Shown here piece after piece: positions 17,132-27,147 of a DNA stretch of 36,960 bases. The notes beneath the pieces are model-generated. The model ran no database searches and was not told where the DNA came from. It worked only from the letters and a program-made list of their open reading frames with translations. The stretch's first letter is position 1. Every line of letters begins with the position of its first letter. The position numbers and the translations under genes are program-made. This DNA is from Actinomycetota bacterium. Its GTDB lineage: Bacteria; Actinomycetota; Humimicrobiia; Humimicrobiales; Humimicrobiaceae. The DNA is taken from positions 1 through 36,960 of the forward strand of contig JAMDDL010000018.1 of assembly GCA_023488645.1 (NCBI GenBank). Direction: 5' to 3'.

Positions 17132-18754
17132 ATGTATTTTAAATTAATTATTCAAGTTTTAGGTGGTTTAATATTATTTATTTTTGGTATGACTACCTTA
17201 AGCGACAGCCTTCAGAAAGTCGCTTCAAATAAAATTAAATCCATTATTAATATACTTGCAAAAAGGCCTTGGGCTTCAGTTCTTGTTGGTTTATCTACTA
17301 CTATGATTATTCAAAGCAGCAGTGCTACCTCCGTAATGACTGTTGGCTTTGTTAATGCCGGCCTTATGACATTAAAAACAGCTATAGGAATAATTATGGG
17401 GGCAAATATAGGGACTACTATTACAGCGCAAATAGTTTCTTTTAATATTATTGACTTACTTTCTTACCCTTTAATAATTATTGGCTTTATTATGTTTTTT
17501 GCCAGTAAAAGAAGAAGATATAAAAATATAGGCATGTCAATAATTGGACTGGGTTTACTGTTTTTAGGAATGAATTTAATGAAGCAGTCACTTGAACCTT
17601 TAAAAAATAATATTGGTTTTAAAAATTTTCTTTTAATTTTCAGTAAAAATCCATTTCTTGGAATCCTGGCTGGTCTTATCATCACTTCAATACTGCAAAG
17701 TAGTTCTGCAACAATAGGTTTGTTAATTGCTCTTGCATCTCAAGGTTTAATGCCTATAACTTCTGCTGTCCCAATATTGTTTGGTGATAATCTTGGAACT
17801 TGTGCTACCGCACTTATTGCAAGTACGGGAACTACTGTTACAGCAAGAAGAACAGCTTTTGCACATCTTTTATTTAATATATTTGGCACTATATTTTTCC
17901 TTATACTATTATACGGATTTAAACTTGGAAACTGGCTTTTCCCTCATTTGGGAAGCAATATTCCTCATCAGATAGCTAATATGCATACATTATTTAATGT
18001 AACAACTACAATTATATTATTCCCTATAATAGGTTCATTTGAAAAACTTGTGATTAAATTATACCCTGGAAAAGATGTCGTAGAGCATAAAAATGCAATT
18101 TATCTTGATAACAGACTCATTGGAACTCCAGCTATAGCTCTTGATCAGGCTAACAAAGAACTTTTAAGACTTCTTAAGCTTGTAAGAATTATGCTTGAAG
18201 CTTCTTTTGCAAGATTAAAAAATAAAGATACCAATCTTGAAAAAAAAGTTCTTGATAAAGAAGCTGCTGTAGACAGTGTAACTGAAGATATAATAAAATA
18301 CCTTACTCAAGTTTCAAGGCAGTCATTAACATTAACTCTTTCAAATAAACTAACCAGTTTAATGCATGCAGCATATACTGTGGAACGTACAGGCGATCAT
18401 GCAGAAAGCATGCTTTATTTAGTGATTGTAAAGGAAGAAAACAGAATGGTGTTTTCAGATATAGCAGTTGAAGAGCTGGAAAATTTAAATAATAATGTTT
18501 GTAAAATGTTTGATATACTAGTAGAAGGAATGGAAAATAATGATTTTGATATTTTAAAAGAATGTGAAAAAAATGAGATTGAAATCGATAGAATTGTAAA
18601 AGATATGAGGCTAAATCATATAAAAAGACTGCAGAAAGGAATATGCATGCCTCTTTCTGGAGTAGTTTTTTCAGATATTATTTTGCATTTTGAAAGAATT
18701 GGAGATCTTTTATATGACATTTCAAGAAACATGCTGGAAGTGGGTTTTAAATAA
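17132..18754 (+). CDS. Na/Pi cotransporter family protein with C-terminal PhoU-like domains
   Basis: 540 aa. Duplicated QSSSATS/QSSSATIG motifs are typical of NptA-type Na+/phosphate symporters. The C-terminal helical half is PhoU-like. Confidence 0.88.
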   Translation: MYFKLIIQVLGGLILFIFGMTTLSDSLQKVASNKIKSIINILAKRPWASVLVGLSTTMIIQSSSATSVMTVGFVNAGLMTLKTAIGIIMGANIGTTITAQIVSFNIIDLLSYPLIIIGFIMFFASKRRRYKNIGMSIIGLGLLFLGMNLMKQSLEPLKNNIGFKNFLLIFSKNPFLGILAGLIITSILQSSSATIGLLIALASQGLMPITSAVPILFGDNLGTCATALIASTGTTVTARRTAFAHLLFNIFGTIFFLILLYGFKLGNWLFPHLGSNIPHQIANMHTLFNVTTTIILFPIIGSFEKLVIKLYPGKDVVEHKNAIYLDNRLIGTPAIALDQANKELLRLLKLVRIMLEASFARLKNKDTNLEKKVLDKEAAVDSVTEDIIKYLTQVSRQSLTLTLSNKLTSLMHAAYTVERTGDHAESMLYLVIVKEENRMVFSDIAVEELENLNNNVCKMFDILVEGMENNDFDILKECEKNEIEIDRIVKDMRLNHIKRLQKGICMPLSGVVFSDIILHFERIGDLLYDISRNMLEVGFK

Positions 18755-18826
18755 ATATCAGTTTTTGCTTTTATTGGTTTTTGCTTAAATGTTTTTTTAC
18801 TTACATGTACTTGTAGCTTATGTAGC

Positions 18827-19552
18827 TTATCTGCATGCTTTTGAAATAAAATTATCCCTTTTAATTATAGTTAAGATATAATCAACTGCTTCCTGCGGAT
18901 CATTTACCACTTTATAAAGTGTTTTATCTTCAGGGCTGATGGCAGCATGTTTTTTTAGTAAAATCTCATCAATCCAATCGCATAAACCTTCCCAGTATTC
19001 AGTACTATAAAGAACTATCGGGAAATGCTCTATTTTATTTGTTTGAGATAAAGTTAAAGACTCAAAAAGCTCATCAAGAGTACCATAACCTCCTGGAAAA
19101 ATAACATAACCTATTGAATATTTAACAAAAAGCATTTTCCTTACAAAAAAGTAATGAAATTTTAACGAAATATTCTGATATTTATTTGCTTTTTGTTCAA
19201 ACGGAAGTTCGATATTGCAGCCAATTGACAGCCCGCCAGCCTTGTATGCGCCTTTATTGGCTGCTTCCATTATTCCTGGTCCGCCACCTGTTATAATTCC
19301 AAAACCACTTTTTGCAAGAAGGGCTGCAGTCTTCTCTGCTGCTTTGTAATATTCATTATCAGGTGATGTTCTTGCTGATCCGAAGATAGAAATGCAAGGG
19401 CCGACCTTGGCTAAAGCATCAAATCCCTCAACAAATTCACCTTGAATGCGAAAAACTCTCCATGGATCTGTATCAACAAAATCAGATTTTACAGGAACCT
19501 GAGATTTAAATAAATCACGATCTGCATTTTGTCTTATTTCTTTTTTTTTCAT
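18827..19552 (-). CDS. LOG family protein (TIGR00730, nucleotide 5'-monophosphate nucleosidase / cytokinin riboside 5'-monophosphate phosphoribohydrolase-like)
   Basis: 241 aa with GGGPGIMEAANKGA and PGGYGTLDELFE motifs. Confidence 0.88.
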   Translation of the reverse strand: MKKKEIRQNADRDLFKSQVPVKSDFVDTDPWRVFRIQGEFVEGFDALAKVGPCISIFGSARTSPDNEYYKAAEKTAALLAKSGFGIITGGGPGIMEAANKGAYKAGGLSIGCNIELPFEQKANKYQNISLKFHYFFVRKMLFVKYSIGYVIFPGGYGTLDELFESLTLSQTNKIEHFPIVLYSTEYWEGLCDWIDEILLKKHAAISPEDKTLYKVVNDPQEAVDYILTIIKRDNFISKACR

Positions 19553-19705
19553 ATGTCTTATTAATTCTAAATTTTTTAATTATTAATTATTTATTTGATC
19601 TATTTAAAATTTTATTAATTTTTTAATTATTAATCTTAACTTTTTCCTGATTTTATTAAATAAAATTTTTTATTGTTAATTAAAATTTTTCTTATCTATA
19701 TTTAA

Positions 19706-19809
19706 TTAGTTCTTGGTGAATAATTCAATTTTTAGTGGATTATTTGTATAAATTAAGCTTAAAATTTTATCAATTTAGCCTTTTTAGCCAATTATTCACC
19801 AGAAACTAA
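19706..19809. repeat. Imperfect 20-bp inverted repeat (19706..19725 and 19790..19809, 18/20 matching) enclosing 64 bp, in the glnS-downstream / LOG-upstream spacer
   Basis: ttagttcttggtgaataatt versus the reverse complement of aattattcaccagaaactaa. Confidence 0.5.
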
Positions 19810-19920
19810 TTAAAATCATTTAATATCTATCTAAGAATAATTTAACTAAGAATAATTATATTATATTGCACTACATTTAATTATAAACTCTTTATTTTTA
19901 TATTTTTTATTTATAAGGAT

Positions 19921-21612
19921 TTACAAAGTTTTACTTATCTTAGCCCATTCATCTTTTAATGTCACAGTTCTATTAAAAATAATTTTTTCATTTGTAGTAT
20001 CAGTATCTACACAGAAATATCCTAATCTTTCAAACTGATAAACCTCTCCAGGTTTTACTTTTTTTAAATATGGTTCAAGCTTGCAGTTATTTATAACTAC
20101 TAAGGAATTTGGACTAAGATTATCCTTAAAATCCTCACCATCTTTTAACTTAAGAGGATTTTCTTTTATAAAAAGTTTATCATATAACCTTACTTCAGCT
20201 GTTATTGCATGTCTGGCAGAAACCCAGTGTAGTGTTGACTTAACCTTTCGGCCATCAGGCGCATTCCCTCCCTTTGTAGATGGATCATAAACACAATGAA
20301 GTTCCAAAATATTGCCATTTTTATCCTTTATCACATCAACACACTTAATAAAATAAGCATATCTTAAGCGTACTTCCCTTCCCGGAGATAACCTGTAAAA
20401 TTTATTTGGAGGATTTTCCATAAAGTCATCTTGTTCTATATATAAAACTTTTGAAAACGGTATTTTCCTTGTTCCAGCATTTAAATCTTCAGGATTATTT
20501 ATTGCTTCAAGCTCTTCTTGTTTATCATCAGGATAATTATCTATTATTATCTTTAATGGATTTAATACACCCATAACCCTTGCAGCTTTTTTATTTAAAT
20601 CTTCTCTTATAAAATGCTCCAAAAATGCTAAATCTATTGTGCTTTCTGCTTTCGCTAAACCAATTTCCGAACAGAAATTTCGAATTGCTTCAGGGCTGTA
20701 TCCTCTCCTTCGCATCCCTGAAATTGTTGGCATTCGTGGGTCATCCCAGCCATTTACATATTTTTTTTCTACCAGTTCAAGTAACATCCTTTTGCTCATC
20801 ACAGTATATGTAAGATTAAGTCTTGCAAACTCTATTTGCCTTGGGTGGTGAATGCCCAGTTGTTCAATAAACCAGTCATAAAGTGGTCGATGATCCTCAA
20901 ATTCGAGGGTGCATATAGAATGTGTAATATTTTCTATAGAATCTGACTGCCCGTGAGCCCAATCATATGTAGGATATATACACCATTTATTGCCTGTACG
21001 ATGATGCCTTTTATGAAGTATCCTGTACATTATCGGATCACGCATATTAAGGTTTGGCGAAGACATGTCTATTTTTGCTCTAAGAACTCTTGAACCATCT
21101 GGATATTTTCCTTCTTTCATTTCTTTAAACAATCTTAAATTTTCTTCTATTGAACGGTTTCTATACGGGCTTTCTTTACCAGGAGTTGTAAGAGTACCTC
21201 TATATTCTCTTATTTCATCAGCATTTAAGTCACAAACATATGCCTTACCTTTTTTTATTAGTATTAGTGCAAATTCATAAAGCTTTTCAAAATAGTCAGA
21301 AGCATAATATTCTCTATCTCCCCAATCAAACCCCAACCATTTTATATCTTTTTTTATAGATTCAACATACTCAGATTCTTCTTTTACAGGGTTGGTATCA
21401 TCAAACCTTAAATTACATTTACCTCCAAACTCATCAGCCAGCCCGAAATTTAAGCATATAGACTTTGCATGTCCTATATGAAGGTACCCATTAGGTTCAG
21501 GGGGGAATCTTGTGTGAATTTCCTGGTTGCTTCCATTTCTTTCCAGATCTTCCCTTATTATTTCCCTTATAAAATCTGATTTTTCTTTATTATTATCTTT
21601 ATTGTTATCCAT
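19921..21612 (-). CDS. glnS: Glutamine--tRNA ligase
   Basis: 563 aa with class I HIGH (HIGHAKS) and KMSKS-type (VMSKR) motifs. The sequence is GlnRS-like throughout. Confidence 0.93.
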   Translation of the reverse strand: MDNNKDNNKEKSDFIREIIREDLERNGSNQEIHTRFPPEPNGYLHIGHAKSICLNFGLADEFGGKCNLRFDDTNPVKEESEYVESIKKDIKWLGFDWGDREYYASDYFEKLYEFALILIKKGKAYVCDLNADEIREYRGTLTTPGKESPYRNRSIEENLRLFKEMKEGKYPDGSRVLRAKIDMSSPNLNMRDPIMYRILHKRHHRTGNKWCIYPTYDWAHGQSDSIENITHSICTLEFEDHRPLYDWFIEQLGIHHPRQIEFARLNLTYTVMSKRMLLELVEKKYVNGWDDPRMPTISGMRRRGYSPEAIRNFCSEIGLAKAESTIDLAFLEHFIREDLNKKAARVMGVLNPLKIIIDNYPDDKQEELEAINNPEDLNAGTRKIPFSKVLYIEQDDFMENPPNKFYRLSPGREVRLRYAYFIKCVDVIKDKNGNILELHCVYDPSTKGGNAPDGRKVKSTLHWVSARHAITAEVRLYDKLFIKENPLKLKDGEDFKDNLSPNSLVVINNCKLEPYLKKVKPGEVYQFERLGYFCVDTDTTNEKIIFNRTVTLKDEWAKISKTL

Positions 21613-21700
21613 AATTTATTCCATAAACAATAAATTATTTTTTAAATTTTAAAATAAATTAACATTTTAGATAAATAAACAATTATTGTCAAAGGAACGT

Positions 21701-21879
21701 TGTCAAGGGGACGTATAATTTGACATAGTGTTAGTACAATCTGGAATCAGTTTACCCCCTATTTAACCTTCTGCATTACTTTCTTAATAATAATCATGAA
21801 TAATCATTATAGAATTATAAGGGAATTTAAATATTATTTATATATTTTAAATCATGTCAAATTATACGTCCCCGTGACA
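21701..21879. mobile_element. MITE-like non-autonomous element, copy 1 (179 bp, 25-bp terminal inverted repeats)
   Basis: The left end tgtcaaggggacgtataatttgaca and right end tgtcaaattatacgtccccgtgaca are reverse complements with 1 mismatch. The interior is roughly 80% identical to 23903..24082. No conserved ORF is present. Partial TIR echoes flank it (tgtcaaaggaacgt on the left, ctgtgaca on the right). Confidence 0.7.
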
Positions 21880-22010
21880 CTGTGACATATTCATAAAATA
21901 TTTGATATTTTTTAAAAATATAATTAAAATTTCTTTAACAAATGAGTTTTATATATAATTTAGCTTAATAAAATTTAAAGCGATGAAGCTCGCTTATAGC
22001 ATTTTAGCTA

Positions 22011-22047
22011 ATAGCTTCTACTTTTTATAGTAGAAGCTATTTTTATT
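22011..22047 (+). terminator. Rho-independent terminator-like hairpin with no obvious upstream gene
   Basis: A 12-bp perfect stem (atagcttctact / agtagaagctat), a 6-nt loop, then ttttatt. It lies in a divergent intergenic region, 32 nt before the 22079 start. Confidence 0.4.
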
Positions 22048-22078
22048 ATTTTAATAAACAGATAAAAATAAGAAATTT

Positions 22079-22570
22079 ATGAAAATATATTGCCCTAACT
22101 GTTTTTATCCAAATGATAGCAGTAAAAATATTTGCGAAAAATGCGGGAAGCTTCTTATCTGGAAAGATGAAAGTTATGAGGATAAGCTTATAAAAGCATT
22201 GTCTCATAAAGACTCCCGAATTGTTTTGAGAGCAGTTGAAATTTTATCAAACTTTAAAAGTTACAAAGTAGAGAAAGCACTTGTAAAAATTATTTTTAAA
22301 ACAAAAGATCCTTATATTCAGTCAGCTGCAATTTCATCTTTAACTGATATCGGTTCACCAGAAACACTTAAAATTCTTAGAAAATTAGCCTTGTCAGGAA
22401 CTTTCCCTGCGAGAATAAAAGCAATAGAAGCATTAGGTAAAAAATCTAATAAAAAATTTGCATTGAATGATATAGATTTACTGGAAAAACTTAAAAATGA
22501 AAAAAGCGAAACAATTAAAGTCAAATCAGAAGAAGCAATATTAAACATAAAAAACAGAAATAAATTATAG
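22079..22570 (+). CDS. Zinc-ribbon plus HEAT-repeat (PBS-lyase-like) protein
   Basis: 163 aa. CPNCFYPNDSSKNICEKCGK is a CxxC...CxxC ribbon. It is followed by HEAT-like repeats (SRIVLRAVEILSNF, DPYIQSAAISSLTDIGSPETL, ARIKAIEALGK). Confidence 0.7.
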   Translation: MKIYCPNCFYPNDSSKNICEKCGKLLIWKDESYEDKLIKALSHKDSRIVLRAVEILSNFKSYKVEKALVKIIFKTKDPYIQSAAISSLTDIGSPETLKILRKLALSGTFPARIKAIEALGKKSNKKFALNDIDLLEKLKNEKSETIKVKSEEAILNIKNRNKL

Positions 22571-22680
22571 CAATGGCTGATAATAATATTTTTAAAAAAA
22601 ATATTGAAAATAATAAATGTATTAGTAAGCTTTTATAAACTTGTTTATGCTAAATGATAATAACAGGAGATGAGATTTAA

Positions 22681-23880
22681 TTGATAACTAAAGAAATTTT
22701 TAAGAAAAAAAATACCTTTGGAATTTCTAAAAATGTTTTTGCAATGGGTTGGGTAAGCTTTTTTAATGACATAGCTTCAGAAATGGTTTATCCTATTGTC
22801 CCAATTTTTTTAACCACTTTTTTAGGTGCATCAGTAGCAATAGTAGGTGTAATTGAAGGCATAGCAGAATCAACAGCTGCATTATTAAAAGTTTTTTCCG
22901 GATGGCTATCTGACAAGTTTCAAAAAAGAATGCCCTTTGTTGTTTCAGGTTACTCTCTCTCTGCAGTTTCAAAATTATTATTGGGATTATCATATACCTG
23001 GCCACTTGTTTTAATTGCCCGATTTTTTGACAGGTTTGGCAAAGGAATAAGAACATCTGCAAGAGATTCCTTGATAACAGAAAGCTGTTCTGCTAATGAA
23101 AGGGGTAAATCATTTGGCTTCCATAGAGCACTTGATACTCTTGGAGCAGTTTTTGGTCCACTTGCAGCGATTTTATTTTTAACAATATTTAAAAATAATT
23201 TAAGATTAACTTTTTATATCGCTTTTATTCCTGCTCTTATTGGAATAATTTTACTTCTTGTTTTTGTTAAGGAAAAAAAGAAAAAAGCATTATGCACCAG
23301 TGATTTAAAATTAAGATGGAGAGATGTTAACCCGTCTTTTAAAATATATCTATTTATTAATATAATTTTTTTTATAGGAAATAGCTCAGATACTTTTTTA
23401 ATTCTTAGAGCTCAAAATTTAGGATTAGCTATTAAAACAACAATTTTTGCTTATGTTCTTTTTAATATTACTTATTCTTTATTTTCTATTCCGGCTGGTA
23501 TAATAGTAGATAAAATAGGTGCAAAAAAAGTAATAATTACTGGGCTTTTTATATTCAGCATTGTTTATTTTTTCTTTGGGTTTATAAATTCCAGCATATT
23601 TATTTGGATACTTTTTCCAATATATGGTATTCATATGGCTTTAACTGAAGGGGTAGGCAAAGCTTATATTTCTTTACTTGTTCCAATTGAAAAATCTGGA
23701 ACTGCTTTTGGCATTTACCAAACTGCTATAGGGATCTGCAGCTTTTTTGCTTCTTTTATTGCAGGGCTCATGTGGAGTTATATAAATGTAAGAGTTCCTT
23801 TTTATTTTGGTAGCATAATGGCATTTATTTCAGCTATTTTATTTATCGGACTGGGTAGAAAAGTAAAAACTATTAAATAA
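22681..23880 (+). CDS. MFS transporter
   Basis: 399 aa, 12 TM-like segments. The N-terminus NVFAMGWVSFFNDIASEMVYPIVPIFL is typical of a widespread uncharacterised MFS subfamily. It has a TTG start with aggag 12 nt upstream. Confidence 0.8.
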   Translation: MITKEIFKKKNTFGISKNVFAMGWVSFFNDIASEMVYPIVPIFLTTFLGASVAIVGVIEGIAESTAALLKVFSGWLSDKFQKRMPFVVSGYSLSAVSKLLLGLSYTWPLVLIARFFDRFGKGIRTSARDSLITESCSANERGKSFGFHRALDTLGAVFGPLAAILFLTIFKNNLRLTFYIAFIPALIGIILLLVFVKEKKKKALCTSDLKLRWRDVNPSFKIYLFINIIFFIGNSSDTFLILRAQNLGLAIKTTIFAYVLFNITYSLFSIPAGIIVDKIGAKKVIITGLFIFSIVYFFFGFINSSIFIWILFPIYGIHMALTEGVGKAYISLLVPIEKSGTAFGIYQTAIGICSFFASFIAGLMWSYINVRVPFYFGSIMAFISAILFIGLGRKVKTIK

Positions 23881-23902
23881 TGATATTTATATTCTCAAAA
23901 AT

Positions 23903-24082
23903 TGTCACGGGGACGTATAATTTGACATAGAGTTAATACAATTTAAAACCAGTTTACCCTCTATTGAACTTTATGCATGACTTTCTTAATAATAATTATA
24001 GATAATCATTATAGAATTATCTGAGCATTTAAACATTTTTTATTATCTGATTTAAATTATCAAATTATACGTCCCCGTGACA
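23903..24082. mobile_element. MITE-like non-autonomous element, copy 2 (180 bp), in the same orientation as copy 1
   Basis: The ends are tgtcacggggacgtataatttgaca and tatcaaattatacgtccccgtgaca. Shared internal blocks include cagtttaccc, actttcttaataataat and ataatcattatagaattat. Confidence 0.7.
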
Positions 24083-24105
24083 TAACGGTTTTGCCAATAG
24101 AATGT

Positions 24106-24375
24106 TTAATATCTTCTATAGTTGCTTCTTGCAGGTCTGTCTTTTTGAGGACGTGCTTCATCCACTCTTAAAGTACGGCCATCGAATGATGAGCCATCTA
24201 AAGCTTCTTTTGCTTTTTGAGCTTCTTCTGAGCTACCCATTTCAATAAATCCGAAACCTTTGTTGCCTATAATATTGACCTGAACAACCTTGCCATAAGA
24301 TGAAAACAACTTTTCAAGTTGTTCATCAGTTGCTGAATAGGAAAAATTTCCTACATACAGTTTGTTACCTTGCAT
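24106..24375 (-). CDS. RRM-type RNA-binding protein
   Basis: 89 aa with RNP-2 (LYVGNF), RNP-1 (KGFGFIEM) and an Arg-rich tail. A strong RBS aaggagg is present. Confidence 0.9.
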   Translation of the reverse strand: MQGNKLYVGNFSYSATDEQLEKLFSSYGKVVQVNIIGNKGFGFIEMGSSEEAQKAKEALDGSSFDGRTLRVDEARPQKDRPARSNYRRY

Positions 24376-24567
24376 TACTGCCTCCTTAAAATATTATTAA
24401 TTCTCTAAGCTTGATAATATTTTTTTCGAGAGGAAGTCGCAAGAAAACGCAGCTCTAATTAAAATATCATTAAACAAAGAAGAAAATAAAGTATATTCCT
24501 ATTAATTACTATTTGTCAAATTATTTTTAAAATTTTTTTTGCTTTAAGATTTTAAGATATTAAATTT

Positions 24568-25113
24568 TTATTTTCTTATATCATATATAAATCCACCGCT
24601 TAATCCTTCAAGCGTATGGCTTGTAACCATTGATTTCGGATCAATTTGCTGGGCTATAAATTTTAATTTTTCCAGATTGCTTTTTTTACAAATAATATTA
24701 AGAACTTTTAAATCCCCATCTTTACCACTGCCAGTATAGCTTGTTACGCCAAACCCGAACTCTCTAAGTTTGTTTTCTATATCACCTTCAGGAAATCTTG
24801 TTATAATATTAACACTAACCATATCTTTTGTTATTTTATTGGAAATAGTCATGCCAATAAAAAGACCTGCTGCAAAACCCATAGCATAAAATAAAATTAT
24901 AAATACATTTATACCATCTTTTACAGCATTTGAAATAACAGTTATAGCTACAGTTATAGCAATAGTTGCCTCAAAAAACCCAATAATGCTTGTTAAGGTT
25001 TTATTTCCCTTTACCATAACAATAGTTCTTACAGTTCCAACAAGAACCTGGAGCATTAGTGCTAAAAAAATTATTAATGACCAGCCTAAAACATGTAAAT
25101 TAAAATTAAACAT
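24568..25113 (-). CDS. UPF0316-family membrane protein (DUF2179-containing)
   Basis: 181 aa with three N-terminal TM segments and a C-terminal small soluble domain. The layout is like YebE/UPF0316 proteins. Confidence 0.7.
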   Translation of the reverse strand: MFNFNLHVLGWSLIIFLALMLQVLVGTVRTIVMVKGNKTLTSIIGFFEATIAITVAITVISNAVKDGINVFIILFYAMGFAAGLFIGMTISNKITKDMVSVNIITRFPEGDIENKLREFGFGVTSYTGSGKDGDLKVLNIICKKSNLEKLKFIAQQIDPKSMVTSHTLEGLSGGFIYDIRK

Positions 25114-25199
25114 ATATTTCCTTTATGTACATATTTTCCAGGTAATCAAATTAAAATTCTATTAATTTAAAAATTTATAAAAAATATTTTATACAAAAT

Positions 25200-26042
25200 C
25201 TATATTTCACCAAAAACAAATTTGTTTATTGCTTCTGCGACACCATCATTATCATTATCGCTAACAACAAAATCAGCAGCATCTTTTAACTTTTTTAAAG
25301 CATTTCCCATAGCAATCCCGATACCTGCAAGGCTAATCATACCAAGATCTCCTTCACTATCCCCGATAGCCATTATGCTGGCAGGATTAACTCCTGTAAT
25401 TTTTAATACATTCCTTAAAGCCCCAAGCTTGCCAGCTCTTTTATTATAGGCAGTAAGAAAATATTCTCCTGCCCTTCTAACTTTTAACTCATCACCAAGT
25501 TCTTCAGCAACTATATTGTTAAAAGGATGTTCTGCAGTAATAGTTATAGTTATAAGTAAGGCCTGGTTTGCAATTCCATTCTTTAAAAGATTATCAGTTT
25601 TGCCTGGAATCTCACCACTATCCCAGACATACTTTAAAAACGGATTATCTTTTTCATAATAAACAAAACTATCTATACAACTTACTGCAACTCCTACTTC
25701 CCATTTACGTGCAAGATTTATAATTTTTTTATAAGAATTTATTGGAATTTTTTTTATATAATTTAAATCTCCGTCAGGATTTACAATAACAGCTCCTGCT
25801 GAAGCTATTTGTGGATCTTTCAAATTTAACTCTTTAATTAACTTTTTTGCCCAATTAACTGTCTTTGCAGTAGTAATTATAATTTTTATTTTATTTTCCA
25901 GGCATCTATTTATTGCATCCTTGTTTCTTTTACTTATTTCTGATTTAGAGTTAAATAAAGTTCCATCTAAATCTATAGCTATCAGTTCTATTTTTTTTAA
26001 TTCTTTTGATTCTTTTGATTTTTCTAAAGAATTTGCTGCCAT
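25200..26042 (-). CDS. Cof-type HAD-IIB phosphatase
   Basis: 280 aa with DLDGTL motif I, a cap domain, and GDSEGD...N motifs near the C-terminus. Confidence 0.85.
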   Translation of the reverse strand: MAANSLEKSKESKELKKIELIAIDLDGTLFNSKSEISKRNKDAINRCLENKIKIIITTAKTVNWAKKLIKELNLKDPQIASAGAVIVNPDGDLNYIKKIPINSYKKIINLARKWEVGVAVSCIDSFVYYEKDNPFLKYVWDSGEIPGKTDNLLKNGIANQALLITITITAEHPFNNIVAEELGDELKVRRAGEYFLTAYNKRAGKLGALRNVLKITGVNPASIMAIGDSEGDLGMISLAGIGIAMGNALKKLKDAADFVVSDNDNDGVAEAINKFVFGEI

Positions 26043-26183
26043 CTATATCTCCAATTTTTTATTTGTTTTTTATTCTTAAAAATATTTCCATTATAATTAA
26101 TAATATAAATATAAGATGAGATTTTTATCGCTATTATGAAAAAGAATAGGGATTTTTTCTATAACCTTGAGAAATAAATTACT

Positions 26184-26900
26184 TTATAAATCCATTCTTA
26201 TACCATAATTTCTTAACCACTTTTTTCTTTCTTTATAATCAGGCAAAATTGACTCTACCATATCCCAAAATTTTTTTGAATGATTTTTATGAACTAAATG
26301 ACTTAATTCATGAACAATTATGTAATCAATAACACAATAAGGCGCCATAACAATTCTCCAATTAAACAATAAATTTCCTTTAAAAGTACAGCTCCCCCAC
26401 CTTTTTTTCTGCTCCTTTATCTTAATTTGTCCAAGTTCAATATTATTAAATTTCGGCTTTATTAATTCAATCCTTTTCAGTATAATTTTTTCAGCTTCTT
26501 TTCTATACCATTTTCCCAAAGCTTTTTTTAAAACAAGTTTTTCTTTTGAGGGAGTAATTATTGACAGTTTTCCATCATTTAGCATAACTTCAGGTCTTTT
26601 AAAATTTTTATTTAATTGTATATGAAGAGAATAATCTCTCCCCAGATACATAAACATTTCTCCATCTGCAAAATTTTTGTTAAAATGATTATAACCTGTC
26701 TCCTGAAAATCAAGCAGTTTTTTAATTATCCACCTGCTTTTAGATTTTACTTTTTCTATAATTGTCTCTTCAGATAACCCTCTTGGAGAAAATACTGATA
26801 TTTTTTCTAAAGGTTCAATTTGAATAGCAAGAGTTTTTCTATTTTTATATTTAACTTCAAATTCAATTATTCTGTCACCGCATTTTGTGGTAAGTTTCAT
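26184..26900 (-). CDS. M48-family / DUF45 (YgjP-like) metal-dependent hydrolase
   Basis: 238 aa with C-terminal HELSHLVHKNHSKKFW (HExxH followed by the conserved aromatic). Confidence 0.85.
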   Translation of the reverse strand: MKLTTKCGDRIIEFEVKYKNRKTLAIQIEPLEKISVFSPRGLSEETIIEKVKSKSRWIIKKLLDFQETGYNHFNKNFADGEMFMYLGRDYSLHIQLNKNFKRPEVMLNDGKLSIITPSKEKLVLKKALGKWYRKEAEKIILKRIELIKPKFNNIELGQIKIKEQKKRWGSCTFKGNLLFNWRIVMAPYCVIDYIIVHELSHLVHKNHSKKFWDMVESILPDYKERKKWLRNYGIRMDL

Positions 26901-27147
26901 GACTTCTTAAATTATATCATTATATTTTTTAATTGTTTTTTAAATTATTGCATAATAAATTTTTGCTGTATTAATAGATACAAAGATAGATTATATAAAA
27001 TTTAAACTAGTTAACAATAAAATTTAAATAAATGGTATAATTTCCGAATAAAACTTGACATATTTTTCGATTGGAAAAATACGGGGAAAATACATAATTA
27101 TCACAAATATTTATCACAAATACTGGCAGACAAATAAGAATAATCAC

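Noticed and set aside
19553-19920. Looked for a T-box or other leader, and for DnaA boxes (TTATCCACA), in the long spacers around glnS
   Set aside because: This spacer is downstream of glnS. The glnS upstream spacer is occupied by the MITE. I saw no specifier-loop or T-box sequence and no DnaA-box clusters.
21701-24082. Reading the two MITE copies plus the enclosed zinc-ribbon/HEAT and MFS genes as a composite transposon
   Set aside because: The copies are in direct orientation and only roughly 80% identical, and no transposase is present. I could not identify matching target-site duplications at the outer ends. Independent insertions are more parsimonious.
24084-24095. The 12-mer aacggttttgcc just right of MITE copy 2, which also occurs at the 3' end of both SDR copies (for example 27153..27164)
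   Set aside because: The similarity does not extend beyond 12 nt on either side. I treat it as chance and not as a remnant of a third SDR copy.
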